Notes: a model not told the origin generated them from the letters alone. 64,000 bases of DNA from Eubacteriales bacterium (GCA_045588245.1 JAZNDW010000011.1:66271-130270); one strand, 5' to 3'. Counted from the first letter of the stretch, positions 1-8,802 are shown. Program-made: numbers and translations.

Positions 1-1115
1 TAAGGACCGTAGGACATTGTCGTGTCAACAGAAGTGTTGTAGTCTGTTGTTACGAGGTCGCCTGTTGTTTCCTTGCCTGCTTCATAGTACTCTTCGTAAA
101 CGAGCCAAGTAGATGTGCAGGAAGTGAGGAAGTAGTTTCTGTCAATGTAGGTCTCGCATACATAACGGATCGTCCAGTCGTCTACCTTGTAGCAGCCAAC
201 AACGTCGTATGTAGCTTCGGGCATCTGTTCGAAGGTGTAGATGTACTGAACAGCGTCTTCTCTGGTTTCGCCCCAGTCAGCAGATGCAGTGATAACACCA
301 ACGATGAGTTCGAGGGATTCATCGGTAAGAGCTACGAAACCTTCTTCGTCAGCCATGCCGGTGAGAGAGTTGTAAGCGTCCATGCCGAAGTAAGCTTCGC
401 CGTAAGCGTCAACGTAATCCTTGAGGGAGTATCCGCCGAGCCAAGCGAGGCCGGATGTGAGAGCGATGTGAAGCTGTTTGCCGTCGTATGTGTATACGCC
501 GTCGTCGCCCTTAACGAGGTCAGCAAGTGTAGCTGCGCCTGCAAAGTCAGACTTTGCAATGTCGCCGCTGAAGTAGTACTCATAGCCGCCTGCTACTGCA
601 GATTCGCCTGCATAGTAGAGGTTAGCACGGTAGTTCTTCATAGAGGGATCAAGGAGAGCCTTCATGGAGTAGATGTAGTCATCAGCATTGATAACGTCAC
701 CGTTCTGCCACTTAGCATTCTCGTTGAGCTTGATCTCGTAAACGTAACCTTCTTCTGTCTGTTCAGCCGTCTGACCTTCAGGAAGAGTTACGTTGTACTT
801 GGTAAGATCATCCTGGTGATCCTTGGTTACGTCCTCGATAGAGGTAGCCATCTCATATACCCACTGGTAAACGCCGTTTTCAGAGTCCTGAATCTGCATT
901 GTGCAGAAGGGGGAGCTTACGTAGGAAAGGATAGCATCATCGGAACTTACTTCCCATGTGTGGGGGTTCCAGTTTGTACCCATAGCGGTTGTGTAGCTCT
1001 TATATGTATAGTTACCGACCTTCGCGTCGCCGCCCTTATCAGAGCAAGCTACGAAAGCTACGGACAACATACAGAGAACAAGCAACATGCTCATGAGTCT
1101 CTTGAAAGTTGTCAT
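1..1115 (-). CDS. Oligopeptide/family-5 ABC transporter substrate-binding lipoprotein (OppA-like), runs off the left edge
   Basis: Not in the ORF track because it is open at the edge. Read by hand: GGAGG RBS, ATG at 1115, MTTFKRLMSMLLVLCMLSVAFVAC (lipobox), then NWNPHTWE, YEIKLNENAKWQNGDVINADDYIYSMKALLDP, which is typical of SBP_bac_5. Confidence 0.85.
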   Translation of the reverse strand, partial: MTTFKRLMSMLLVLCMLSVAFVACSDKGGDAKVGNYTYKSYTTAMGTNWNPHTWEVSSDDAILSYVSSPFCTMQIQDSENGVYQWVYEMATSIEDVTKDHQDDLTKYNVTLPEGQTAEQTEEGYVYEIKLNENAKWQNGDVINADDYIYSMKALLDPSMKNYRANLYYAGESAVAGGYEYYFSGDIAKSDFAGAATLADLVKGDDGVYTYDGKQLHIALTSGLAWLGGYSLKDYVDAYGEAYFGMDAYNSLTGMADEEGFVALTDESLELIVGVITASADWGETREDAVQYIYTFEQMPEATYDVVGCYKVDDWTIRYVCETYIDRNYFLTSCTSTWLVYEEYYEAGKETTGDLVTTDYNTSVDTTMSYGP

Positions 1116-1572
1116 TTTTTTGTTCCTCCCAAAAAAATTGTTTTATATTTAACAGAGCAATGCTCTCTCTGCTAACAATATTTATATGCTCCGCAATACG
1201 GAGCATACCAAAGGGATACCCCTTTGGCGCCGGAGTGTGACACTGCCATATATAGTGTATGGCAAAAGACACGATAACGGTCGCATCTTTATTCATTCAG
1301 CATCATTTGCAAGAAGAAAAAACAAGAATTGCATTATCGTTTCTAATGTCTGTTTATTTTATCACATTTAGTTCACAAATTTCAACCCCTCGCTTCATTT
1401 TTTTGCAAATTCCGAAAATTAAATAACACTTATCGGACTTTTTCGCCTTCATTTGTGCATATTTAATCATAAACAATATAGCTTTTGGAATTTTCCCAAA
1501 GCTTTGGGGACAAAACAAGTGCCGCACGATCCGTGCGGCACTCGTTTACTATTCATTTTTCACAAATTAAGC

Positions 1573-2922
1573 TCATTCAGCTTCAGGTCTATCAACAGTA
1601 CCTGCAGCATAAACTTCAAATTCGAACAGACCCATACCGCGGATGGCGGGATCCTGCGGTGCGCCCTCAGCCGTTGTATCTCCGCCGCCGTCAACGTATT
1701 CCTGATACGTTTCGAATCCGTACGTTGCAGCTTCGTCGTCGGTGAACTTAATGAGAGTTACCTGGATCGACGTCGTCGTTACAGCGTCGAAGAAGGTCTG
1801 ATTCATAACGTCGTCAGCAACCTCGTAGCCTTCGCCGTTCTTAACGTCAACGTATTCGCCGTTTTCGTCAAGATACTGGATCGTGTAAGCCGCAGCGGAA
1901 TGGATGCCGCCGTTTTCAAGCCAATACTGACGAGTATCCTTATCCTGCCAGAAGAATAGACCAATACCGTCAACGGTCACAGCCTCATCCCATTCGTAGG
2001 AGATAGTTTCCGTCGTGCCTGCCATGCTCCATGAGCCGTATGCAGTGCCGCCGGACGATGCAAGATAAGTAGCATCGGGCCACAGACCGTCGTTAATAGA
2101 GCCGGGAGTTTCCCAGGAAGCACAGGAAGGAGCGTTGACCGTCGCCTTAGGAGCGATAGACTTGCTGTACTCATACTCTTCGTTGAAGAGCGAGAAGCGT
2201 TTCGTGCCGTCTACATAAACGTCTATAACTTCACGTTCTACCGTAACGCCGACAGACACCCATTCTCCTATAGCGATAGGCGAATAAACAGTCGGTGCCA
2301 ATGAAGTTTCCTCGCCGTTTACGACCTGATAGCACTCAACTTCGTTACCGGCAGATTTGCCGATGTAAAGAACGCAGTAATTATTAGCATCCGCTACGCA
2401 GAAATAAAGCTTGATAACGGTTTCTTCATCAACAGCATAGACCTTAGCCGTGTACTGATAATAGTTCCATTCAGCCTCGCCAATGTACGCCATCGAGCCT
2501 GCGGCAGACGTCATAAGAGCGTGATTGGGTTCCTCTTCGTCCTCATCCTCGGTGGGATCAACAGCGATCGACCAATCAGCATCAGCCCCTGCTCCGTACG
2601 TAAACGCGGGCATCTCACCCTCAAGCTTGTCGCTATAGAGCTCTCTTCTGTCAGCCTGCTTCGAGAGAACCTTGATATCGTCAAAGTATGCCGTACCGGA
2701 CTCTGCGCCAACGCCGATCATGCCGCCGTATTTACCGTCGGGATCGGGAGTGTAATAATCGTCACCGGGATCGTCCGTGTTTCCGCCGCCTTCAGTTTCA
2801 CCGTCGGTTTCCGCATCGGTGCCTGTGCCCGTACCGTCGATCGGAAGCTCAGGGCCGTCATCGCAAGCAACGAGCGTTACGAGCATCATTGCTGCAAGTA
2901 AAAGTGCAAATAACTTTTTCAT
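1573..2922 (-). CDS. Lipoprotein with a beta-sandwich (DUF1080/LamG-like) domain and a discoidin/F5-8-like domain, probably carbohydrate-binding
   Basis: Lipobox LVAC, acidic linker, GMIGVG...YFDDIKV and W.SVGVTV....IDVYVDG, then SINDG...W...ISYEWDEAVTVDGIGLFFWQD; AAGGAG RBS. Confidence 0.65.
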   Translation of the reverse strand: MKKLFALLLAAMMLVTLVACDDGPELPIDGTGTGTDAETDGETEGGGNTDDPGDDYYTPDPDGKYGGMIGVGAESGTAYFDDIKVLSKQADRRELYSDKLEGEMPAFTYGAGADADWSIAVDPTEDEDEEEPNHALMTSAAGSMAYIGEAEWNYYQYTAKVYAVDEETVIKLYFCVADANNYCVLYIGKSAGNEVECYQVVNGEETSLAPTVYSPIAIGEWVSVGVTVEREVIDVYVDGTKRFSLFNEEYEYSKSIAPKATVNAPSCASWETPGSINDGLWPDATYLASSGGTAYGSWSMAGTTETISYEWDEAVTVDGIGLFFWQDKDTRQYWLENGGIHSAAAYTIQYLDENGEYVDVKNGEGYEVADDVMNQTFFDAVTTTSIQVTLIKFTDDEAATYGFETYQEYVDGGGDTTAEGAPQDPAIRGMGLFEFEVYAAGTVDRPEAE

Positions 2923-3063
2923 AATCGAATCTCCTTTTATTTAAGGTATCGGATATCTTTACATTATATGATATCTATATACAGTATACCACAAAAGAAC
3001 CGTCCGTTTCAACACGTTTATTAACATTTTATCAACAATTTACTGTCTAAAGCGCTCATAAAC

Positions 3064-3093
3064 AAAAAAACGCTCCCTATTGGGAGCGTTTTT
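3064..3093 (-). terminator. Rho-independent terminator of APQTG gene 1
   Basis: AAAAAAA-CGCTCCC-tatt-GGGAGCG-TTTTT hairpin just downstream of the 3109 stop. Confidence 0.85.
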
Positions 3094-3108
3094 ATTGCGT
3101 TTTAAGAA

Positions 3109-3894
3109 TTAGTGCTTCTTGGAAACGATGTAAGCGCCGGAGCCGAGAGCTACGATTGCGAGAGCGATCGTTGCGAAACCGGTCTGAGGAGCTTCAACAG
3201 CATCGAGAGCAGTAGCTACTTCATCAGCGGAAAGAGCTGTGTTGTAAACAGCAACAGTGTCAACGGACGTGCCATCAGCATATTCGCCACCTGCCCAGTT
3301 TGCCTTACCGATCTTGAGAGTAGGAGTTTCGCCAACGCAGTTTGCAATTGCAAAGCGTCCTTCCTCGTATCCAGCTTCTGTTGTGGGGTCATACTCGCCA
3401 AAGAGTGCGCCGTCAACATATACGGTTGTCTTTTCATCAGCAGAGAATACGCAAACAACTTCGTGCCATTCGTCAGCAGCGAACGCGCCGCTAACAGATC
3501 CCATACGACCGTTATGGTAGCGTTCTACAACGAGGCTTCCGTTATAAAGAGCGCCGAGGTAAGATTCGGGAGTGCCGCCGTTGAGCCAAGAGCCGTGCTC
3601 TTCCTGAGAGGTGATTTCAAACGCCCAGTTAGGAGAGGTAGCAGGGAACTTAACCTTGAATGCAACGGTCACTTCGGTAACACCTGCGAGGTCAATCTCT
3701 GCTTCGAGCCAAGACTGTGCGCCGAAAGTAGCAACGCCGTCAGCGATCGTAACGTTGTCTCCGTTCGTTGTAAGACCGTTTTCATCGTCAAACGTGTAGT
3801 ACGCAATCTGTCCTTCGGGAGCAGCTGCGGATGTAGCGGTAGCGAAGCAAGAAAGCATAATAACTACCATCACAAGAGAGAGAATCTTTTTCAT
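3109..3894 (-). CDS. Secreted, cell-surface-anchored protein with a LamG/concanavalin-A-like domain and an APQTG sorting signal (array gene 1)
   Basis: Signal peptide MKKILSLVMVVIMLSCFATATSA; IAYYTFDD, WHEVVCVF...VYVDG, LKIGKANW, VAVYNTALSADEV (LamG-like); C-terminus APQTG-FATIALAIVALGSGAYIVSKKH. Confidence 0.8.
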   Translation of the reverse strand: MKKILSLVMVVIMLSCFATATSAAAPEGQIAYYTFDDENGLTTNGDNVTIADGVATFGAQSWLEAEIDLAGVTEVTVAFKVKFPATSPNWAFEITSQEEHGSWLNGGTPESYLGALYNGSLVVERYHNGRMGSVSGAFAADEWHEVVCVFSADEKTTVYVDGALFGEYDPTTEAGYEEGRFAIANCVGETPTLKIGKANWAGGEYADGTSVDTVAVYNTALSADEVATALDAVEAPQTGFATIALAIVALGSGAYIVSKKH

Positions 3895-3946
3895 GATTTT
3901 TCCTCCAAAAAAATTAAAATGTGGCTGGTAACCAAATCATAATAGT

Positions 3947-3975
3947 ATTTTATCATTTTCCAGCACAATTGTCAA
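3947..3975 (-). promoter_or_regulatory. Sigma-A promoter of APQTG gene 1
   Basis: The minus strand reads TTGACA-17 nt-TAAAAT. Homologous promoters precede gene 2 (TTGACA-17-TACAAT, about 4996-5024) and gene 3 (TTGACA-17-TATACT, about 6007-6035). Confidence 0.75.
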
Positions 3976-4042
3976 CACGTTTTTTACCGTTTAGTCACAG
4001 TTTTTTCACATTTCGCACTCTGCATTCCGTATTCAAAAAAAC

Positions 4043-4068
4043 AAAAAAACGCTCCCTATTGGGAGCGT
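4043..4068 (-). terminator. Rho-independent terminator of APQTG gene 2
   Basis: Same CGCTCCC-tatt-GGGAGCG hairpin and A-tract as at 3064-3093. Confidence 0.8.
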
Positions 4069-4087
4069 GTTTATTGCGTTTTAAGAA

Positions 4088-4942
4088 TTAGTGCTTCTTG
4101 GAAACGATGTAAGCGCCGGAGCCGAGAGCTACGATTGCGAGAGCGATCGTTGCGAAACCGGTCTGAGGAGCCTTTTCCTGCATTGTGGAAATAACTACAT
4201 TGTCAACAGTAACGTTGAGCGGGTAGTCGCCGTAGTGTGTAGCACCGATTGTAACGAGCATTTCATCGGTGAGGAAGTTAGCGATTTCGGGGTTGTTGGG
4301 AAGACCGATGTCTACGCCATCAACGAGGATCTGAATCGTTGCGCCGGTTTCAGTGGGAAGAACGATGTATTCTACTGCAACTGTAGCTGTAGGAGTTTCG
4401 TCAGAAACGAGGTCTTCAGCAACGTCACCGCCCCAAACAACATTGTTGCCTGTTGCGCCTTCGCCGAGATCACCGGTGTGAGCCTGGAAGTGCTTACCGT
4501 TACCCTTGAGATTGAGGTAGTATGCATCGAAGGAGTGCTCGAATTCTTCGCCGGAAAGAGCGAGGAACTCAGCGGACTTACCGTCTGCATTGAAGATGGA
4601 AGCGATACCCTGGAACCAAGGCTGTCCGCCGATCTTAGTTGCATCGAGTGTAACGTCCATTGTGACCTTGATACCGTTTGTAGCATCGATAACTTCGTCT
4701 ACAACAAAGCCTGCGGTACCCATAACGTATGCGCCGTCAACAACGCTGGCGGAAACGTCAGCTGCTGCTGCATTGCAAAGAAGGTCGTTGTTCGGCCAGC
4801 TTGCTGTGAAGCCCTTGAGGCCGTCTGCGTTGCTGAAATCAAAGCTTGCTACTTCAACAAATTCCATTTCAGCTGCGGATGTAGCGGTAGCGAAGCAAGA
4901 AAGCATAATAACTACCATTACAAGAGAGAGAATCTTTTTCAT
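4088..4942 (-). CDS. Secreted, cell-surface-anchored protein with an uncharacterised beta-rich domain and an APQTG sorting signal (array gene 2)
   Basis: Start moved to ATG 4942 (GGAGG RBS). Signal peptide and APQTG-TM-KKH tail are identical to gene 1; the middle is not alignable by eye. Confidence 0.8.
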   Translation of the reverse strand: MKKILSLVMVVIMLSCFATATSAAEMEFVEVASFDFSNADGLKGFTASWPNNDLLCNAAAADVSASVVDGAYVMGTAGFVVDEVIDATNGIKVTMDVTLDATKIGGQPWFQGIASIFNADGKSAEFLALSGEEFEHSFDAYYLNLKGNGKHFQAHTGDLGEGATGNNVVWGGDVAEDLVSDETPTATVAVEYIVLPTETGATIQILVDGVDIGLPNNPEIANFLTDEMLVTIGATHYGDYPLNVTVDNVVISTMQEKAPQTGFATIALAIVALGSGAYIVSKKH

Positions 4943-5070
4943 GATTTTTCCTCCAAAAAAAATAAAAATGTGGCTGTTAACCAAATCATAACGATATTGT
5001 AGCATTTTACAGCACAATTGTCAACACGTCTTTTACCGTTTTGTCACAGTTTTTTAATATTACACACCGC

Positions 5071-5207
5071 ACTACAAAATGCAGAATGCAAAATGCAGAA
5101 CGAAGGTAGCTTTTCGCTGCAGCGAAAAGCTACCTTATAAAATCCAAAAATTACACCGCAATTTTTGTTCCGGAATTCTTAATTCTGCATTCTGTACTAT
5201 GCATTCA
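5071..5207. repeat. MITE/REP-like intergenic element: inverted 7-bp periodic arms around a perfect 34-bp palindrome
   Basis: Left arm AAATGCAGAATGCAAAATGCAGAA, right arm AATTCTGCATTCTGTACTATGCATT, palindrome AAGGTAGCTTTTCGCTG|CAGCGAAAAGCTACCTT at 5103-5136. Confidence 0.65.
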
Positions 5208-5213
5208 AAAACG

Positions 5214-5241
5214 AAAAAAGCTCCAGATTGGGAGCTTTTTT
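5214..5241 (-). terminator. Rho-independent terminator of APQTG gene 3
   Basis: AAAAAAGCTCC-agattg-GGAGCTTTTTT. Confidence 0.8.
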
Positions 5242-5252
5242 GTTTTTATCGC

Positions 5253-5957
5253 TTAGTGCTTCTTGGAAACGATGTAAGCGCCGGAGCCGATAGCTACGAT
5301 TGCAAGAGCGATCGTTGCAAAACCGGTCTGAGGAGCGTCGCCTTCGTTGCCGCCTTCGGGAGCGTTAACGCCGTCGTGCTCGTCAACAACGGTGATAGTC
5401 ATTTCTGTACCTGTATCACCGGTGAAGAATACATAGCAGCCTGCGCTGAGGTCTTCAGCGTTCATTTCCCAACCGCTTACGACTTCAGTGCCATCAGCAG
5501 CAAGAATAGCGTACTCATAAACAACTTTGTTGCCTTCTCTGGTAATTGTGATATCATAGTCAGCGCCTGCCCAGAAAGCTGCATAATCTGTGATTCCCAG
5601 GTCATTAATATTGTCGCCGGTATGAGCGCAGTTGCCCTTATCATATTCCGTAGCCCAGCCGTGCGGGTCAGTACGAAGAACTGCATACTCTACATAACCT
5701 TCAGCGGTATGAGGAGCCTCAACGCCATCAGTAAGGCAGTTGATGAATACAGCGTTAACGCTGTTCCAAACGTTTGTGCCGCCTGCTACGAGATCAATGT
5801 CGAACTTAAGTGTAGCGCCGTCTGCGATTTCATGCGATGCAGACCAATCATCCCACCAGCCCGGATTGATAACTGTTTCGGACTCAGCAGCGAATGCAGA
5901 GATTGCCATTACAGCGAGCATAGCTACTGCGATAGCAACAACAAGAATCTTTTTCAT
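5253..5957 (-). CDS. Secreted, cell-surface-anchored protein with an uncharacterised domain and an APQTG sorting signal (array gene 3)
   Basis: ATG 5957 after GGAGG; signal peptide MKKILVVAIAVAMLAVMAISAFA; tail APQTG-FATIALAIVAIGSGAYIVSKKH. Confidence 0.8.
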   Translation of the reverse strand: MKKILVVAIAVAMLAVMAISAFAAESETVINPGWWDDWSASHEIADGATLKFDIDLVAGGTNVWNSVNAVFINCLTDGVEAPHTAEGYVEYAVLRTDPHGWATEYDKGNCAHTGDNINDLGITDYAAFWAGADYDITITREGNKVVYEYAILAADGTEVVSGWEMNAEDLSAGCYVFFTGDTGTEMTITVVDEHDGVNAPEGGNEGDAPQTGFATIALAIVAIGSGAYIVSKKH

Positions 5958-6054
5958 GAAAAATTCCTCCAAAAATTTTTTTGCGATATTTTCATATCAT
6001 ATTTCAAGTATAACGCATGAAAACTACAATGTCAACACATTTTCAACGGTTTCG

Positions 6055-7986
6055 TCACGTTTTTTTCACATTTTGCACTCTGCATTCTGCACTCTTCATC
6101 CTCACCGTTACCCGAAACAGATCCGCATCTGATGTAACCGTCAAAGTTCCTCCCTGAAGCTCGACAAAGCTCTTTGCGATCGACAGCCCGAGCCCCGAGC
6201 CCTCCGTATGACGTGATTCGTCACCGCGCACGAATCTCTCCGTCAACTCATCCGCGCCACGCATCAACGGTTCACGCGATATGTTGGACAACGTCACCGT
6301 TGCCACACCGTCCGCCTCTGCGAGTGTAAAATAAACTCTCGAGCCGGGCAGCGAATACTTCACGACGTTACTCATAAGATTATCAAACACACGCCACATC
6401 AGCTTGCCGTCCGCCATGATCGTGACGGGATGCTCGGGCACGTTGACAATGAGGTGCAGTCCCGCCGCCGTCAATTTTTCTTCATACTCTCCCGCCGCTT
6501 GTCCGACGAGGATTCCGAGCTCACACGGCTTTGCATCGACTGTGACAACGCCGGACGATGCCTTTGATGCCGTGACGAGGTCCTCGGTCAGCTTTTTCAG
6601 TTTCGCCGCCTGTCTGTCGAGAACTTCAATATATCCTTTTGCGTCCTCGTTTTCAATGTCGCATTTTTTTAGCAGATCAACGTAGCTTATGATCGATGTG
6701 ATCGGCGTTTTGATGTCGTGCGACACGTTTGTGATAAGCTCCGTTTTGAATCTTTCGCCACGCATTCGCTCCTCGACCGCAAGTGCCATTCCGTCACCGA
6801 TGCTGTTGAGATTTTCCGCGTGCTCTCGGAAATCAAACAGCAGATATTGCGTGTCTATTTTATAATCAAGGTCGCCCTTCGATATGCGCTGCGCCCCCGT
6901 CTTAAGACGGGTCATGTTCCATCCCGCATAGCACGCACCGGTGATAACGACCGCCCAGAAGATAAAGAACATTACCGCACCGATGTCGTCATGGGACGAA
7001 ATGATCCCCGCAATAACGAAACTTACGGCAAACATCCCCGTGAACGTCAAGAGCGTGCGCCAGAAGAACGGTATCGTACGGATCACACGCACCGCGAGCT
7101 TCGCTGCCTTGACAGCAAAGCGCCACATATATCCGAGAAGCCTTTGCATGAGCTTCAACAGACGCGTAATAACATTATTACTAATGAAGGTTTTCGTCAT
7201 GATACGAACCTTTGCCGTCATCGACAAGAGCGTTATGATGATCGAATCGACGAACGCATAAACGCAAATCAAAGTCGCCACGAAGACGTCGCCTATGTCG
7301 CAGTTGTATTCGTATATCATAATTTCGGCAATCACAGCAAAAAACGCGGCGACAGCTATAATATCGAGCGGTACCTTGTCAAACATCGTCATAACGTAGC
7401 CCTCGCTCTCGCGGCGCTTGCCCGCCGCCGAAAGCGCAAACAGCCAACACAAAAACGACAACAGCGCCGACACAGCACAGATAACGATAATCCAGTATCT
7501 TATACTGTGAAGCACGGGGATCCATTCTTCGGCGACGACAAACGGATCGACATATTTTTTGCTCGCATGGACGTAAAACGTCACCGAATACTCGCCGTCG
7601 TTACTGTCAAGCACGGGTATCCTCTTTATGTTTTCGCTTTGCGGAGCATGTCCCGCATAGCTTTTATATACCGCTACGCCGTCTCGTCTTAACTCAAAGT
7701 CAAGATTCTTCTCATATATCACCGCCATCATATTCTGCTTCGCCTCGGCCTGCGACGTATCCCCGAAAACGTAACCAGTTCGATACGCATCCGCAATACG
7801 GTAAGCGTAGCCGTAGAGTATCCCGTCAATATATGATTCTTTTGCTTCGTCAAGCTCATATGAATAGAGCTCCAGCTCGTATATGAGCGCGATACCGAAA
7901 CCGGACACGGCGGCTAAGAAGAGCGTCAGCGCGGCGAGCAGCACCGCCGTGATGCGAGCGCCTTTACTGCATTCCAGTTTTTTCAT
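6055..7986 (-). CDS. Multi-TM sensor histidine kinase (HisKA + HATPase)
   Basis: ELITNVSHDIKTP H-box, VFDNLMSNVVKYS N-box, EGSGLGLSIAKS G-box; start moved to ATG 7986 after GAAAGGA. Confidence 0.92.
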   Translation of the reverse strand: MKKLECSKGARITAVLLAALTLFLAAVSGFGIALIYELELYSYELDEAKESYIDGILYGYAYRIADAYRTGYVFGDTSQAEAKQNMMAVIYEKNLDFELRRDGVAVYKSYAGHAPQSENIKRIPVLDSNDGEYSVTFYVHASKKYVDPFVVAEEWIPVLHSIRYWIIVICAVSALLSFLCWLFALSAAGKRRESEGYVMTMFDKVPLDIIAVAAFFAVIAEIMIYEYNCDIGDVFVATLICVYAFVDSIIITLLSMTAKVRIMTKTFISNNVITRLLKLMQRLLGYMWRFAVKAAKLAVRVIRTIPFFWRTLLTFTGMFAVSFVIAGIISSHDDIGAVMFFIFWAVVITGACYAGWNMTRLKTGAQRISKGDLDYKIDTQYLLFDFREHAENLNSIGDGMALAVEERMRGERFKTELITNVSHDIKTPITSIISYVDLLKKCDIENEDAKGYIEVLDRQAAKLKKLTEDLVTASKASSGVVTVDAKPCELGILVGQAAGEYEEKLTAAGLHLIVNVPEHPVTIMADGKLMWRVFDNLMSNVVKYSLPGSRVYFTLAEADGVATVTLSNISREPLMRGADELTERFVRGDESRHTEGSGLGLSIAKSFVELQGGTLTVTSDADLFRVTVRMKSAECRVQNVKKT

Positions 7987-8027
7987 AATTGCGTTTTTCC
8001 TTTCATTTATTAGAATATGGACCGGCA

Positions 8028-8732
8028 TCAGATGTCCACGACGCTCGACAGCTTATAGCCCTGCCCCCATACGACGCGGAAATAGCGCGGCTCGGACGGA
8101 TCGTATTCGATCTTCTCGCGCAAGTGACGTATGTGAACGGCGATCGTCCCCTCGCCGCCCATATATCCGCCGCCCCAAACGGAATTGTATATCCGCTTCG
8201 GCGTCAGCAGCTCGTCCGGATGCGTCAGAAACAGCTTCAGTATCTCGTATTCGGTCGGCGTAAGATTAACGCCTTCGCCGTCACGGGTAACTGTGTGAGA
8301 TTTATCGTCCATTACGATCCCGGCGACACTGTATATCTTATCATCGGGCTTGGTGACGTTTCCGCCGAGCTCTATATACCGCCGCAGATTGGCGCGCACG
8401 CGCGCCGTCACAACGGCGGGATTGAACGGCTTCGTTATGTAATCGTCCGCACCGAGATTCAACCCGACTATCTTGTCCGTTTCTTCGCTTTTCGCCGTGA
8501 GAAGCAGAATGGGCACGTTTGAAAACTCACGCAAGCGCTTCATTGTGTGCAGTCCGTCCACAACGGGCATCATTATGTCCAGCAAAACGAGATGTATGTC
8601 CTCGCTTTTCACAATGCGGAGAGCTTCTTCTCCGTTGTAGGCTTTATAAACCGAGCACCCCTCTGCCGCCAAATATATTTCGAGCGCCGCGACAATGTCA
8701 TATTCATCGTCACAAACAAGAATGTTATACAT
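8028..8732 (-). CDS. OmpR/PhoB-family response regulator
   Basis: ILVCDDE, LLDIMMP, LTAKS, GADDYITKPF, VHIRHLREKIE, VWGQGYK; start moved to ATG 8732 (GGAGG RBS). Confidence 0.95.
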   Translation of the reverse strand: MYNILVCDDEYDIVAALEIYLAAEGCSVYKAYNGEEALRIVKSEDIHLVLLDIMMPVVDGLHTMKRLREFSNVPILLLTAKSEETDKIVGLNLGADDYITKPFNPAVVTARVRANLRRYIELGGNVTKPDDKIYSVAGIVMDDKSHTVTRDGEGVNLTPTEYEILKLFLTHPDELLTPKRIYNSVWGGGYMGGEGTIAVHIRHLREKIEYDPSEPRYFRVVWGQGYKLSSVVDI

Positions 8733-8802
8733 AAAGTTCCTCCGCAATCGTTTCATACCCGAATTGTACCACAAAAAAGTTTAAGAAAAAACAGTATATC
8801 CC

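Noticed and set aside
468-1175. 235-aa plus-strand ORF and nearby small ORFs
   Set aside because: They are antisense shadows of the real minus-strand OppA-like gene, which has an RBS, lipobox and family motifs.
3112-6020. Long plus-strand ORFs (3112-3942, 4091-5002, 5079-6020) with shared segments
   Set aside because: They mirror the APQTG genes codon for codon. Their similarity comes from the repeated DNA, and they lack RBS and protein-like composition.
3061-6093. Possible CRISPR array, DGR or shufflon explanation for the repeats
   Set aside because: The repeats are over 100 bp, direct and coding, with gene-sized spacers. No cas, reverse transcriptase or invertase gene is present and there is no adenine-specific mismatch pattern.
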